Source: Cirrosporium novae-zelandiae
Lineage: Eukaryota
Direction: 5' to 3'
Length of the DNA: 64,000 bases
Assembly (NCBI GenBank): GCA_026023565.1
Contig: JAPETS010000003.1
Location: 558,001 to 622,000, forward strand
Shown here: positions 22,306-34,962 of the stretch, one piece after another
Position numbering within the stretch: position 1 is the first letter of the stretch
Layout of the letters: every line of letters begins with the position of its first letter
Program-made: the position numbers and the translations under genes
The notes under the pieces: generated by a model
What the model was told of the DNA's origin: nothing
What the model saw: only the letters and a program-made list of their open reading frames with translations
Database searches by the model: none

Positions 22306-24968
22306 GTTGGTTTTGTAATGAACCGAGTAATTAACGAAGTAGGTGATATGTTCTTATTTCATTTCTCTTAGCATATGTTCTACTTGGTCCCTTTATATAC
22401 CCCTCTGGATGCAGGGTTATAGTAGACGTACCCTCCATCAAAGGGTTGGCTCTTTACTTTAAGTTCCATGCTTCGGGATATTCATCCAATCAATGGATAT
22501 TGACAAATATAAACTACCGTGCTAATTGTAAGCTGACATTCCTTTCCTATATCTTAAGAATGATCTCTTCTTTCCTTTCCCTGACATGCTTCCCCGAATC
22601 TGGTCCAAACTTTCAACGTATACTCCTCAGCCTCCACCGACCTGGAAACCCCTGGTTCACTCTTCAACGATCCCCGCGAAGTTGGCCTATAGATATAATG
22701 AATGCGCCAGGAAGGGTCCTCGATAGGAATCGTGCTACCACCTGCAGTGGATCTTCTTTGGAAGCATTGCCTTCGTATATCTCGGCGACCACTCAAAGTT
22801 AAAAAGAGGGATCTTCTTACGTATCAATTAGGAAGGTGACTGTTAGAAGCTAGCTAAGAATGACTAGTTTATATCCACCAAGTGATCACACAGCTTTACT
22901 ACTTACTCGTGTTATGAACCTAGGTCACAAAGCTAAAAACTCAGACATGACTACCTGCTACAAGGTCGAAAAAGGTTTCAGTATACCAAGTAAGAATTTT
23001 ATGTTCAAGATAAGATAGAAGAAGGCGAAATAATCCCGATCGTGAACTTAAATTTAAGTTCGGTTGAACGACATCAGGCGGTCACCATACCGAATACTGT
23101 CTGACGGTTACTTGAAATGGTTAAATTCCGTGGGGAGCACTCCAACCTTACTCGGGAATACTTCGCCAGATAGCATATTCATACTACGACGGCTTTTCCA
23201 GTTGATTCTCGCAGTAACCCAACGGCAACCTAATTCTGAACAACTATCAGCCGCTCAGCCTTGCCCGTTCTTCCCAAAGGCAATTGGATCCGCTATCTAG
23301 GTTTCCTATATCACCAACAAAACGAGAAATACCCATGAACGCCTTCCCATCCCTCATCTCCCCTTCCCAGCAAACCTGTTATCCTCAAGGCAAATCTACC
23401 TAGATTCTCAGCAGTATCTATCCCCCGGCCATTCCAATACCCTCAAATCCCTACATGATGTATCTCCAACCCCTGACCACGCCGACAACCTTGGTCGCTC
23501 GATCTTCAAAAACTCTATCTCAGCCTCAGTCGGACAGGGATATGTATAGCGTAACTTGGTCCCAATTAATTCATGAATACCCCCCGAAAGACACCTGTGA
23601 GGTTCAAAATAGCTAGCTAGCCCTCATCAGATGTCATTTTATATTCGAAGTTTTGCTTTGCAATAGGTACCTGAAATTCCTTATAATACTTGGGGAGGGG
23701 GATGGATCTCGGTTTCTATTGGCATAGAGCGGATCACGATCCTACCAAACCTTATTATACTTCTTATTTTATTTCCGCCAAGCGGGGAAGCTAAATGCTT
23801 ATGATCGTGGAATCATTTACCTTTCACTTAGGGCCATTTGATAAAAAAGATCCAGTCTTGCAGAGAGAGAGGGGGGGTAGGCTACTCAGTTCTAGATCTA
23901 GTTCTAGTCTCATTTACTGTAGCTAGGTGATATTATGGAAGAGCACAGTCACTGCGCAAGGTACTGTACTGTACATCACTTGGATAAAACCACTCGAGCG
24001 ATTTATTTAGTACAGTATGTGTACCCTTAGCGGCATACATAACCCATACGTGCGTGAGAGGGGCTTCTTCTCCATATAACTATAAGTATACACAATAGCT
24101 TATATAAGGAAACCCCCCCGACCCCCCCCCCCGACCCTCTTTCCCTCTCACATCCCATCTTATCTAGTAAATGAATTTTCTTTCTTGCTTTCTTGACTTG
24201 ACTTGTTTTTCCACACCCCGTGCTTATTTCATTCATTCATTCGTTAGAAAATATAAAATAATGAATTTTTTGATTACTACTTCTTCTGTTCTGTTTCTAT
24301 TAATTAATTAATTTATTCATTTCGTTGAGCTGACATGGTAGCTAGCTAGTCTTGTTTTTTTTCTTTTTTTTCTAATAGGGATAAGGAAGGAAGGATTAGA
24401 TTGGCTTGGTTGGAATGAATGGTATTGGGATTTTTGGTTAATATGTTTTTTTTTGATATGTTGTATATTTTAGTAGAGTCTCTGACGAACCGAGCCTTGT
24501 TGAGGTGAGGTCTATAGCGGGTAAATGACACGACGGGACATATACGTATGTACTGATCGATCGATTTATATATTTGGTGTTATATCCCCAGGAACTTCCC
24601 TATCGCTCGTTTCCCATGCCACAGTAGAAAAAATTCGTGACTTCATGCCTATACCTATGCTGTTGGCATCAACAACAGCAAGGAGTTGAAAAAATCCGTA
24701 GGTCCATTGACTGATGATTATCTGTGAGATAAGTGGATTCCAGACCTTTACACTATTTCAGCTACGACTGGTCTGAGTTTCGTTATGTGAACTTCTGGGA
24801 AGGTTTGTCGATGTAAGTGTTTATATCATGCCCACAACAGCTACGGGAAACATTCACTCACTCACTCACTCACTCACTTGCCGCCGTTTTCTTCTGAACT
24901 GGCATTGATACTAGGACCGGTCTGGAATCGGGTCGTTGGGATGAGACGGTATCTGTCTTTGTCAAAAC

Positions 24969-25190
24969 CAGTGAGAGGAATAGATCAGACCAACCAGACC
25001 AGAACTGTGAAGGTCTATTTAATCTATATAAGTGCGAATTATAGAATAGGGGGGAGAAATTTCGTGTTGTTGAGGTTTGTGTGGGGGGGGATGGCCAACG
25101 TTGTGAATAGCCTAGACCGACCAGACCGACCCCCTTAGTCTAGTCAGTCTGTCAAAATCCGTCTATTTGGTTCAGTCCATTTCCATATTT
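24969..25190. mobile_element. Degenerate copies of the hAT-type MITE found at 54690
   Basis: CAGTGAGAGGAATAGATCAGACCAACCAGACC (24969) and TAGACCGACCAGACCGACCCCCTTAGTC...CCGTCTATTTGG (25113-25170) resemble the left end and inner right end of the 54690 element. Confidence 0.65.
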
Positions 25191-28100
25191 ATTCACGTTG
25201 TCTGTGGGGAATCTGTAAGACAATAGTAGGTTGGCAATGTCAAAATCACCCAATCTCACGGCCATGTGTAGGGGGTTCTTCGAACTACAGTCTTCGCTCA
25301 AACTCTCGACATCCACTCCCCGAGCAAGTAATTCTCGAGTCACCGGAAGGTTGCCATTCCTGACTGCAAGAAAAAGGGGAGATTCTAAGGAACAGTTGAG
25401 AGCGTTTACATCTGCCCCGGAATCGAGGAGGTATTTGATAACCCAAATTGAAGTGTCGTCATCATCTAGGTTCCACTTTATAGCCAATTGCAAAGGTGTA
25501 TTGTCCTTATCATCCCTAGTATCAACAGCGGCTCCATTCTCGACGAGCTCGACGAGAACTCGGTAGTTCAACCGCTCACTAACCAAATGAATAGGTGTGA
25601 TTCCATGTGAGTCTTTTATTTCGATACACACTCCTGCTTTGATAAGGCGTACAGCACTTTCTGTAAATCCTTCAGCTATAGAAGCATGCAGGAGGGTATG
25701 TCGGTGCCGTTCGTATCTACAGTTCAGATTCGGAGCTTCGGTGGCAATATAATGGGGAACCAGACCATCAAGCCCGAGGGCTATTATAGCTGCCAGGACA
25801 TTTGGTGCTTCTAGGAACATGCATATGTTCGCTGGCCCACGGAAAAAGTCTTTACTATTCGTGAGCTGTGTTCGGTAAAATAAAGACAATTTCTTGAACT
25901 GTTGGCTCTGTGGGTTGCAGATATTCTTTATATAGGTTGAAATGGGATGACACTCGTTAATGCCCGCGTATTTGGAATGTTTGAACCAGTTTCCAGCGGC
26001 GTAGTCGAGATATTTGTAACGGATTCTTAGTGACCTCATCAAATTATAATCATCATCAGAGACGTAGTCTGACAAGCTAAGGTTGACCCCATAGCCCGAA
26101 GCATATTCATTAGGTACCGCCGGTGTAGTGTCAAAATTTTCATGCTTGATATTTTCAAACTCGGCTTCTGCATTTCCATGATCCCTAAGGGCAAAAGAGC
26201 TTAACATATAGTATGCAGCTTTCTGCGAGGACTAAATCAGATTCTTCCAATTTTAGAGAATGTTTCCAGAATGACCGCTCTGCTATGCCTTGTTCAGCTG
26301 CATTCGATGCGATAAGAAACTCCCTCGCCGTTTGATGAACAAAATACACGGTATTATCAATAATACGCAGGAACAGGCCACGGAGGTTTTTGATGGTTTC
26401 CCTAATTGAAGGCTCTAAATCTATACCCTCAATCGATCTATCATCATTCCTAATATTGAGAGCGATGTTGACCTCGTCGAGAGTCAAAGGTCTCAGTGCC
26501 CCAACCACAATATGCAGTAGTCGTTTAGCCTCAATAAGGTCGGTACTTTTGGAAAGGATTTCTTCATATATTTCGTGAAATTTTGCTGGAGTGCTGCTAA
26601 GAATTCTTTCAATCGCACGTCTCGACATTCGAGGGCTTTGCTCAATCATATCGAGAATCATTGTAACCCACAGGAAATTGTTCCCAGCGTTTTGACAAAG
26701 AGTTTTTATCAAGTAGCTTTCAGCCTCCTCCGGCAAGTGCTTAAGAGCTGCCAGTTCTCCTACTCGAACCTTGACTATCCGCTCAATGTCACTCTTAGTG
26801 TGGATGAATTCATCTTCAGCTCGGATTCGAATTTGCTCGATGCTTGGAACTTGAAAGAAATCACGTTCTGTTGAGGAATATGGTCGACTAGTTAAGATAA
26901 ATTTCAGCTTTGTATCCTCCACATTAGTACCGTTGAAGAACTTTGTCACTGATTTAATAAAGTCTTTGCGATCAACTTCCGGACATTCATCGAGTGCGTC
27001 AATAATACAGATAATTTCGCCAGCACCATCATCCAAAACACAAGCGATGAATATATCCCAAAGGACGTTGAACTACTGCAATGGCTTTAGGCCTCGGGAT
27101 TTACAGGCAAACGCTACATGTTTAATCAGGCTTGGATTCTTGCAAATCAGCTGATGCAAAATTGCTGACAAGGCAGAAACTATGCTTTTTTGTTCGGAAT
27201 TATCATCTTTGAGGAAGAAAAAGCAAACAGCCGCTTTTTCCTGGTATTCTGATAAACTTTCAAAGAGGAACGATGACAGCACGGTTTTCCCGCAGCCCGA
27301 GTCCGCTGATATCCACAAAGACATGAAGATGAGCATGTAATCCAAGAATGATATTTGTCATGCATGAGAATCCAAGTACACGTTCCTTCAATGGGACAAC
27401 AAATGCGACTGAGATGTGAATTATAGTCAGAGGTGTGTAGGCTTTGGTAATACTTTTGATCTTTTTCGGGAAGAGCTAGCTGAAGCTCCATTCCACTTGA
27501 AGCTGATATTTCCTGTTAGTCACATGATTTTGTATTTCCCTACCAAGCTGTAGTTACTAACAGTGGCCCTCGATGATGGTTTCAATTGCTCCATTGGCTA
27601 GATCCTGAACCTTCGCCATGACGGATTGATAGTTTTGAGTGTTCTTGGAGCCAAATTTACAAATCGTTCGGTGATCTGCATCCATAGGTATACGCATCTC
27701 GCCGGGGATGTTCAAGGTAGCAGACTCTTCGTCAACAACCTGAAGTAGTCATCAGCCATTCATCCTACATGATCAAATAAATACCTTACCGGCTATGGCA
27801 TCGAAACTAGACATTTAAGTTCGTAAAAGGACACAATCTTAAGCTTGACAGTGCGGTAGATGAATGATCTAGGGATCTGTTCCACCTTCGGGGAGCCGCT
27901 TTTAAGGTCCTTGACCAATTGATCATTTGTTAAAAATCCAAAAGTCCCAGCCTTGAGTATTTATTAGTTTTTGGGTTTCGAAAGGCGGTGTGAATAGCCC
28001 TATCTCTACAATAAGAGATGATTAAGTTGTGTTGATAGTACATACCTGTTTCAATACCAAACCACCTAGGCTGTGACAGATGAATATAATAGCATGTGGG

Positions 28101-28341
28101 ATATCTTGGGGAAGAAAATCCCTAAGCCAATTTGACTGGCCCTCGGTCCATGTGTTCAAATAGTGACCCTCTAATCCATGAATTGCTACAATATCAATAT
28201 CAGTAGTCTCTTCAGCATCGAACAGTGTGAAGAGGCCAAAACTCTCTGGGGTTGATGTTCGTTCCTGATATTAGCAACTCAAGCGGTTAAGCAGAACCCA
28301 GGAGCAGAAACAGAATATTATTTGTGTAAAGATGTTCATAC
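25152..28341 (-). pseudogene. NLR-type SesB-like alpha/beta-hydrolase - NACHT - ankyrin gene, disrupted
   Basis: DIVAIHGL, WLRDFLP, CHSLGG, DHRTICKF; NACHT GTCTW, SADSGCGKT, IIDALDEC, ILTSRP, FVHQTAREFL; ankyrin repeats (TPIHL, TPLQLA, SPLFLA, NPLHMA). Frameshifts ~27320 and ~26195, in-frame TAG at 27073, internal deletions in the hydrolase domain. Confidence 0.88.
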
Positions 28342-28372
28342 TCAAAAGTAGAATCAGAAAAATGTTTCCAGA

Positions 28373-28429
28373 GAGGCCTTCAAACAAAAGTAATTGTGAA
28401 TATAAAAATTAATTTTGTTTGAAGGCCTC
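28373..28429. repeat. Perfect 17-bp inverted repeat (GAGGCCTTCAAACAAAA / TTTTGTTTGAAGGCCTC) with AT-rich spacer
   Basis: Arms at 28373-28389 and 28413-28429, extendable inward by TAATT after one mismatch. Confidence 0.85.
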
Positions 28430-28570
28430 CCCAGAAATATTGGTGGTTATCGATAACGGACGAATGACGGAATGGAAAGATGGTTTTGCCGATCTGAACA
28501 GCTTGACAGCTTCTCTCTACTTTATAACATATCTAACCCATCAACTTCATTCCCAAACGTCAATGGAGAG

Positions 28571-30226
28571 ATGAAGGGCTTTTCACTAAGCCTATTAGGT
28601 ATTCCTGGGGTTCTTGGAAGTCTAGGCATTTTCAGTGTTCATGATGACCTTCTCGCCTACCCCCAATACGAGGTAGTCTTTTCAGACACATACATACTTG
28701 AACAAGAGGCCCAATCCATTATATCCGCCCCCCGAGCTAAGACAGACCTTAATGACGATGTTACTGGCGATATTGCAAAATTCGACGATGAGCGAAGCCA
28801 TGATGCCCGTCCTTCAGACCCAACGCCTCCTGAAGCATATGAACGCATGACCCTAGATCATATTCCTTATCTCTGCTCTATTCCATCTCCATCATCTCCT
28901 AGTGAGACCAATGATACCTCACCAATCTCACCAGATGAGCAACAAAAAGAGCTTACTCGAGCTACGTCGCGAGGATGGGAATTACTTCAAGATATGGAAG
29001 GCAACTGCCTCTACTTTATTTCTGGGTGGTGGTCATATTCATTCTGCTATAACAAGGCCGTCACACAATTTCATCAATTGACTCCAGGGGTCAGCAATAA
29101 TGTCCGTCCTTACCCTCCTGTACCAGATCCAAATACCCCGTCATTTGTTCTTGGGAAGTTTGAACCTGCTCTGCACCGCCCCAAGGCATACACCTCTTCA
29201 GACCATCCAACCATTGACTCTGCAACATCTCCCTCAAATGAGCCTCAAGAAAAGACCACTGAAGCGTTCTCGGCTCCGTCTTCTTCATCGACAACTAATG
29301 CGCTTATCCTCCGAACTCAAGGATCGACTAATTATCTCTCCCTAACTCTTACATCTGGTACGACATGCGATCTGACAGGGCAACCACGCAAAGTCGAAGT
29401 CCAATTCCATTGCCAACAAAATGGCATTGATCGCATCGGTTGGATTAAAGAAACCACAACCTGCGCATATCTAATGATCATCTACACGCCGCGCCTCTGC
29501 AATGACGTAGCATTCATACCAGCCAGAGAAGAACGCCCAGAGCAAATACAATGCACTGAAATTATTGGTGGGGAAGATGGAGCCATAGAAGACTGGGCAC
29601 GGCGAACGCTTGAAGGCAAAACCAAAAAGGGTAGAAAATCCCAAGAACAGCAAAAAAAACAACAGCACCAACAGCAACAACAGGCGAGCGACGACTCGGA
29701 GGAAACAAAGCCCCAGGAGAAGCAAAAACTCATCATCGGCGACATCCTAGTAGGTGGTCATAAACGTGTCGGCGGCGAAAACAACCGCATCAGCGTCAAC
29801 CAACCAGCCCCCCAACAAAACAAAAAACAACAATCCCCGAAATCTAAACCCAACCTCGAGGAACCCCAAATCGTTGCTCGAAATGAAGGTCATGGAGGCC
29901 CCACCCTCAAGCTCTCTAACGAAGAACTCAGCAAGAGAGGAATCGATCCCGACCTCATTGACGGCTGGATCATGGAAATGGAACGCGATGCTGAGGATAG
30001 AGAGTGGAGGTTGGAAGTGGTACCAAGTTCGGAGAATGATAAAACGGTACTGGTCAGGGGACTCATAGAGCCAGAGCTCGCAGAGGAATGGGAGAAAGAG
30101 AAGGAAGCTACAAAAGAGAAGGGAAAGGATAATGCGAATGCGGATGCGGATGCGGATGCGGATACAGATGCGGAAAACACTGAGGGGGCTGCTGGTGAGA
30201 ATGGGAATGTGAAAGATGAATTATAA
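28571..30226 (+). CDS. YOS9: ER lectin Yos9/OS-9 (MRH domain)
   Basis: Signal peptide; FSVHDDLLAYPQYEV; CLYFISGWWSYSFCY; GTTCDLTGQPRKVEVQFHC; IKETTTCAYLMIIYTPRLC; C-terminal KDEL. Confidence 0.93.
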   Translation: MKGFSLSLLGIPGVLGSLGIFSVHDDLLAYPQYEVVFSDTYILEQEAQSIISAPRAKTDLNDDVTGDIAKFDDERSHDARPSDPTPPEAYERMTLDHIPYLCSIPSPSSPSETNDTSPISPDEQQKELTRATSRGWELLQDMEGNCLYFISGWWSYSFCYNKAVTQFHQLTPGVSNNVRPYPPVPDPNTPSFVLGKFEPALHRPKAYTSSDHPTIDSATSPSNEPQEKTTEAFSAPSSSSTTNALILRTQGSTNYLSLTLTSGTTCDLTGQPRKVEVQFHCQQNGIDRIGWIKETTTCAYLMIIYTPRLCNDVAFIPAREERPEQIQCTEIIGGEDGAIEDWARRTLEGKTKKGRKSQEQQKKQQHQQQQQASDDSEETKPQEKQKLIIGDILVGGHKRVGGENNRISVNQPAPQQNKKQQSPKSKPNLEEPQIVARNEGHGGPTLKLSNEELSKRGIDPDLIDGWIMEMERDAEDREWRLEVVPSSENDKTVLVRGLIEPELAEEWEKEKEATKEKGKDNANADADADADTDAENTEGAAGENGNVKDEL

Positions 30227-30731
30227 ACCAGTTAGAAATATTAGATATCTACCTAGGTGTATATCATCGAGTCGATCAATCCGATTGGGTGATGTAAATA
30301 GAAGAATTAAGACTTTTTTTTTCTTTTTTGGCCGTTTCTTTTCTACTTTGTCTTATCCACCCGGGGGGGTATGCTAGTCCACAAAGAAATTTAACATGCA
30401 AGCCAATGGAGAAGATTCTCCATTAGCCAAACTACAAAGAAGGTGGACTAATCTAGTCAATTAATAATTGGAAGAACCTGATCTCTTCTTGGTGAAAACA
30501 TATGTAAAAAAGAATTTTGGTTCATGTCTCTCCCTGTATCTAGAGACCTGACGTATGTGCGCGTTTTGCTTGGCTATTATCCATGCCTCAAAACCTGATG
30601 CTAAGAAGAAGAAGAAATAAAATAACATAGCAATGACAAAACAAACCAACCCCATGAAATTCCCCATAAAACTCCACGCATACCAAAACACCCACCCCCC
30701 GGATCTCCCAAACAAACAATCAATCAATCAA

Positions 30732-32529
30732 TCATATAGGCTCCATATCCTCCCTCCCCCACAACTTAACCGTACGATCTTTACCCCCGCTACATATCCA
30801 CCTAGCATCCCGATCAACATCAACACTCAAAACATTTCCCGAATGCCCACTCAGCGTCTTCGCAAGCGCCCAATCATCCGCACTAAAAACATTAACGTTG
30901 TTGTCGAAGCCGCTAGACACAAAAAACGTGCCCTCCCGGGGCGGCTTGAGCTTCCCGTCGTCGTCCTTCGAGAGCATTGTGGGGGGGTCCGAGGCGACGT
31001 TGTTGGGGTCGCCAGTAAGGGATCCCTTGAACCATCGCACGTCGGAGACGTTTCCATTGTGGGCGCCGACGCTGCCGTTCGCGCGCACCATGCGCATGTC
31101 CCAGCATTTGACCCAGCCGTCGCCGGAGCCCGAGAGGACGCGGTAGCCATCGCGGCCCCAGTCCAGGGCGTAGATGGGCCGGATGTGGCCATCCAGAATC
31201 ATGATTGTGCGGCCTGTGCGGAGGTCCCACACTCGGCCGATGGAGTCGAGGCCGCCGGAGGCGAGGAGGCTGCCGTCTGTGTTGAAGGCGAGGGCGTACA
31301 CTTCGGCGCTGTGACCTTCTTGGAGCAGGAGCTCTGTTTGCGTGGGTATATCCCAGAGTCGCCAGGTTGTGTCGTAAGAGGCGCTAGCGAGGTAGGTGCC
31401 TAGGGGGTGGAATTCGATGCGGCATACGCGCGCAGTATGACCGTGGAGAGTGTGGAGGGGGGTTGTTTGGGAGAGAGACCAGAGGTTAATTGTTCCTTCG
31501 CCGGCGCCGGAGGCGAGGTTGACGGCCGTTTCTGAGACTGTGGATGAAGGAAGCGTGGACCCAGGATACCAAGATATTCCTCCTACTTGGCCGGTGTGGC
31601 CTCGCAGTGTCATTTTTTCGTCGAGGTTTGGGACTGTCAGGAGTTTGACCCCGCCGGCCCAGTTCCCTGCTGCTATCATTTCGCCCGAGGGCGAGAATCG
31701 GGTTATACTGACAGCGCGCTCGCCGGCGATCTGAGAACCAAAAAGCTCAATGTTGGAAAGGCGGTCCTTGAGGGCCTTGCGGTGTCGGATGTGGGTGTGT
31801 AAGGTTATTGTAGATTCTTCTTTCTGTAAAGCGAGGCGCGCTTTTGCGCGAGGGAGGGAGTAATATGCGATTTTTTTCCTAGCTTCTAAAAGCTCCTGCG
31901 ACCCTTCAGTATAAAATTCCTCATCCTGCTCTTGTGCGCCTGTTCCATCTCCCCCGTCCGCGTCTTCCATTTCCACATCAGGGGTGCCTTCATCTCGATG
32001 TTCCGCTATATCGGTGACGAGTTCACGTAGACGTTGACGACGATCCTCAGGTCGCTCGCCGAAGAGCGATATGGGTTCCCCGAGCTTTCTAAGCTCGATA
32101 CGCACACGTTTGTCATCGGTGGGTACTATGACTGTTTGTTCACGACGCTTACGGTCAAACTGGGCGAGAATTGCGGAAGCCTTTTCGGGGGCAATTGAAG
32201 AGGACTGCGGGAGGAGGTAATCCCGATCGATAGCTAGAGTGTCCTTCATGAGCTCTTTGGTCCTAGAAGGGGTAGTAGAATCCACAGAGAACTTACGAAT
32301 ATTTGCCAAATCAATTCCTTGCTCTTCGTCCTAGCAAGCCATGGCCCATCAGTTTTTTTTTCTCTCCACCATATGGGCTCGTGGGGCGGCGGATTGTGAA
32401 GAGAAGCAAGCTTCTGGATCTCTATGAATACTTCTGTGGATGCATCCCCAACGGGTAATCAGGAACTTAGCCACTCACCTCATTCTGTGCCTCCTCCACA
32501 TATGCCTGTCTAGCTGGATGCATCGCCAT
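30732..32529 (-). CDS. PRP4: U4/U6 snRNP protein Prp4 (SFM motif + WD40); introns 32331..32478 and 32234..32296
   Basis: MHPARQAYVEE start; VPTDDKRVR..LR.LGEPISLFGE; EEFYTEG; WD40 repeats such as LASASYDTTWRLWD and LLLQEGHS. Confidence 0.93.
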
Positions 32530-32925
32530 AATTAAGTATACTGGCTGTGGTGTAAAATGGCCAATGGTTGAATCAAGATAGAAAGAACTAAACGGGATAA
32601 AATAAGAGGATGAATTAAAGTTGGAGATTCAAGAGATGTTGACTGATAAGATTAGATCTGACCCAAAATTGATATCATTTTCAGAAGGATCCTCCGCAAC
32701 CTCCGCCTCTTATCATTAACCGCAACAACCACCGACACCTCTACGAGGCTCAAGGGGGTCCATTGCCATCATTGTATCCTTCTCCCAACTCTGCGACCTC
32801 ATATAATGAGTATGCTTTCCTTGATTTTCCCCACATTGACAATTCCTATCTTGCTGACACATACGCCAGTATAGCGCTACTTCGCGACACCGGCTGTGGC
32901 TACAAGTCTCTTACCATATGAGACG

Positions 32926-34250
32926 ATGCTAAGCCAGTGTGGTCTTCTCCGCCGCCAAGTCCTTGTTGGAAAAACTTTTGTCGGCGGTATTCTTCAGCAG
33001 ACCGGTCGCGTCCTCTTTTCCAAATCCAAAAGACCTTCTCTTGTACCCATAGCGCATAGCTTACAACCTGCTTGGGGTTATACATTTCAAACACCTGAAA
33101 ACAATTCACCCAGAAACAGTTTTGAGATTCATAGAGGATTTCAGACATATCCAGCTCTCGAATCAAATACACCAACCGCTCTTTTAAGATATGGCGTAGC
33201 AGCGTCTTACTCAGCCAAGGGGGATGGTTTTGACCCATCGGAGGATTTCTACGATTTCAATACACAATATATTCCTTTGGAAAATTCTAGAGAAAATAGA
33301 AAGGACAAAAAAAGGTGGCCAAGTGGGGAAGATGCATTCTTTATAACAGCCATTGATAATTCCGAAAATGATGTCGCTTTCGGAATCGCTGATGGTGTTG
33401 GTGGGTGGAATAATTCTGGCATAGATCCAGCTCATTTCTCACATACGCTATGCGAGAATATGTCTAAAGCTGTGCGTGAAATTAAGGCCGCGAAGATGGC
33501 CGATTTAAAAGCAAGAGACGTAATTGAATTGGGCTACCAGGAATTGGTTCAGGGCCATTCTGTTCTTGGAGGGGGCAGTACAGCATGCGTTGGTCTTGCG
33601 AGGAAAAGTGGAAAGCTTGAAGTCGCAAAGTATGTCACTTCTCCCCAGGCCCCCAACTTCATCAATTAACTTTGTTCTAACCGTGAGACAGTCTCGGAGA
33701 CTCGGGATATATTCAAATCCGACTCAATGCTGTCCATCAAGCCTCCAAACCCCAAACCCATGAATTCAACACGCCCTACCAACTCTCCTTAATCCCCCCT
33801 CAAATGCGCTTCCAAATGGCCTTATTCGGTGGCTCCGTCCTCAGTGACCTCCCCGTCGATGCTGATGTCACAAATCTACAACTCCAACACGGGGACGTCG
33901 TTGTCTTCGCCACAGATGGCGTCTGGGACAATCTCAACGCGCAAGACATTCTCAAAATTGTTAGTAGACAGATGACAGGACTCGGCGCTTGGAAGCATGG
34001 CGAGCACGGTATTACCGTCGCCGACGACCTAGCTACCATGGTGAGCGATGGAAACATGACCAGGGTCGGACACACTCTACAAAGTCTTCTTGCGGCAGTG
34101 GTCACAGGAGAAGCGAAGCGCGCTAGCCATAACATCAAAGTGGATGGGCCGTTTGCCAGGGAGTACCAAAAGTTTCGGCCACAGGACCATTACCATGGAG
34201 GTAAAGTCGATGATATTTGTGTTGTTGTTCTCGTGGCCGTTGGACACTGA
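32926..34250 (+). CDS. PTC7: PP2C-family phosphatase Ptc7/Azr1; intron 33630..33691; start uncertain
   Basis: SGEDAFF, GIADGVGGW, GGSTAC, AN|LGDSG, THEFNTPYQL, ATDGVWDNL, GGKVDDICV. Confidence 0.9.
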
Positions 34251-34962
34251 ACATATATTACAATATATCCTAGCATTGTGCTCTTGGATACATATAATGG
34301 TACATACAAGATGAGTGGGAGGGCGTTTGGCAGGGTAAGAAAGGAAGGAGGCGGGCTTATCGGTTATCTACAAATATATCATTTACTTGACTTGTGGGGC
34401 TGATGGGGAGGAACGTCTGGATACTTCAACAACATGTAACATATGCGACACACGCTGGACGGTGCTTTTGTTTTTATTGATTATATTCGTTTCTGTAGAT
34501 GGTTTTGCGCAAGCAAATTGAATGAGACCTCTCAGCTTCATTCAGTGACATCCAACCCGATGTTGTGTTACCAGTCAATATGTTCCAAAATAACATTTAT
34601 TTTCTCACTTGTGGAACCATTTGCTGTCCTATGACAGATGGACAATATAAATAATATAACAACTCAATAATGGTATTAGTATAGTAGACAGATGAAAAGT
34701 GGGTGGTTGTGAATGCCAAGGCGCGTTGCTATGCGGTTGTCATGTTTACTTTTTATAATTCAAATTAAAGTCAAATTAGTGCGACCGATATCACGTCCAA
34801 AGTTCAAGGATTCCTCTTCCATCAAAAACATAACCCGCACTCACGACTTAATATGTGCAAATTTTTATGATACGCGCAAGATTTCAATTACTAACATAAC
34901 AGGTACCTCTAGCAATACAAACCCTTGGTCGTCGTTGATGTATACGACAAGAATCAATTTCA

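Noticed and set aside
27073..27075. TAG in the NACHT domain as an A-to-I editing-restored stop
   Set aside because: The gene also has frameshifts and deletions that editing cannot repair
30633..31403. 256-aa + strand ORF antisense to PRP4
   Set aside because: Shadow of the GC-rich WD40 coding strand; no motifs
32331..32478. Longer PRP4 intron as a snoRNA host
   Set aside because: No C box (TGATGA) or H/ACA architecture seen
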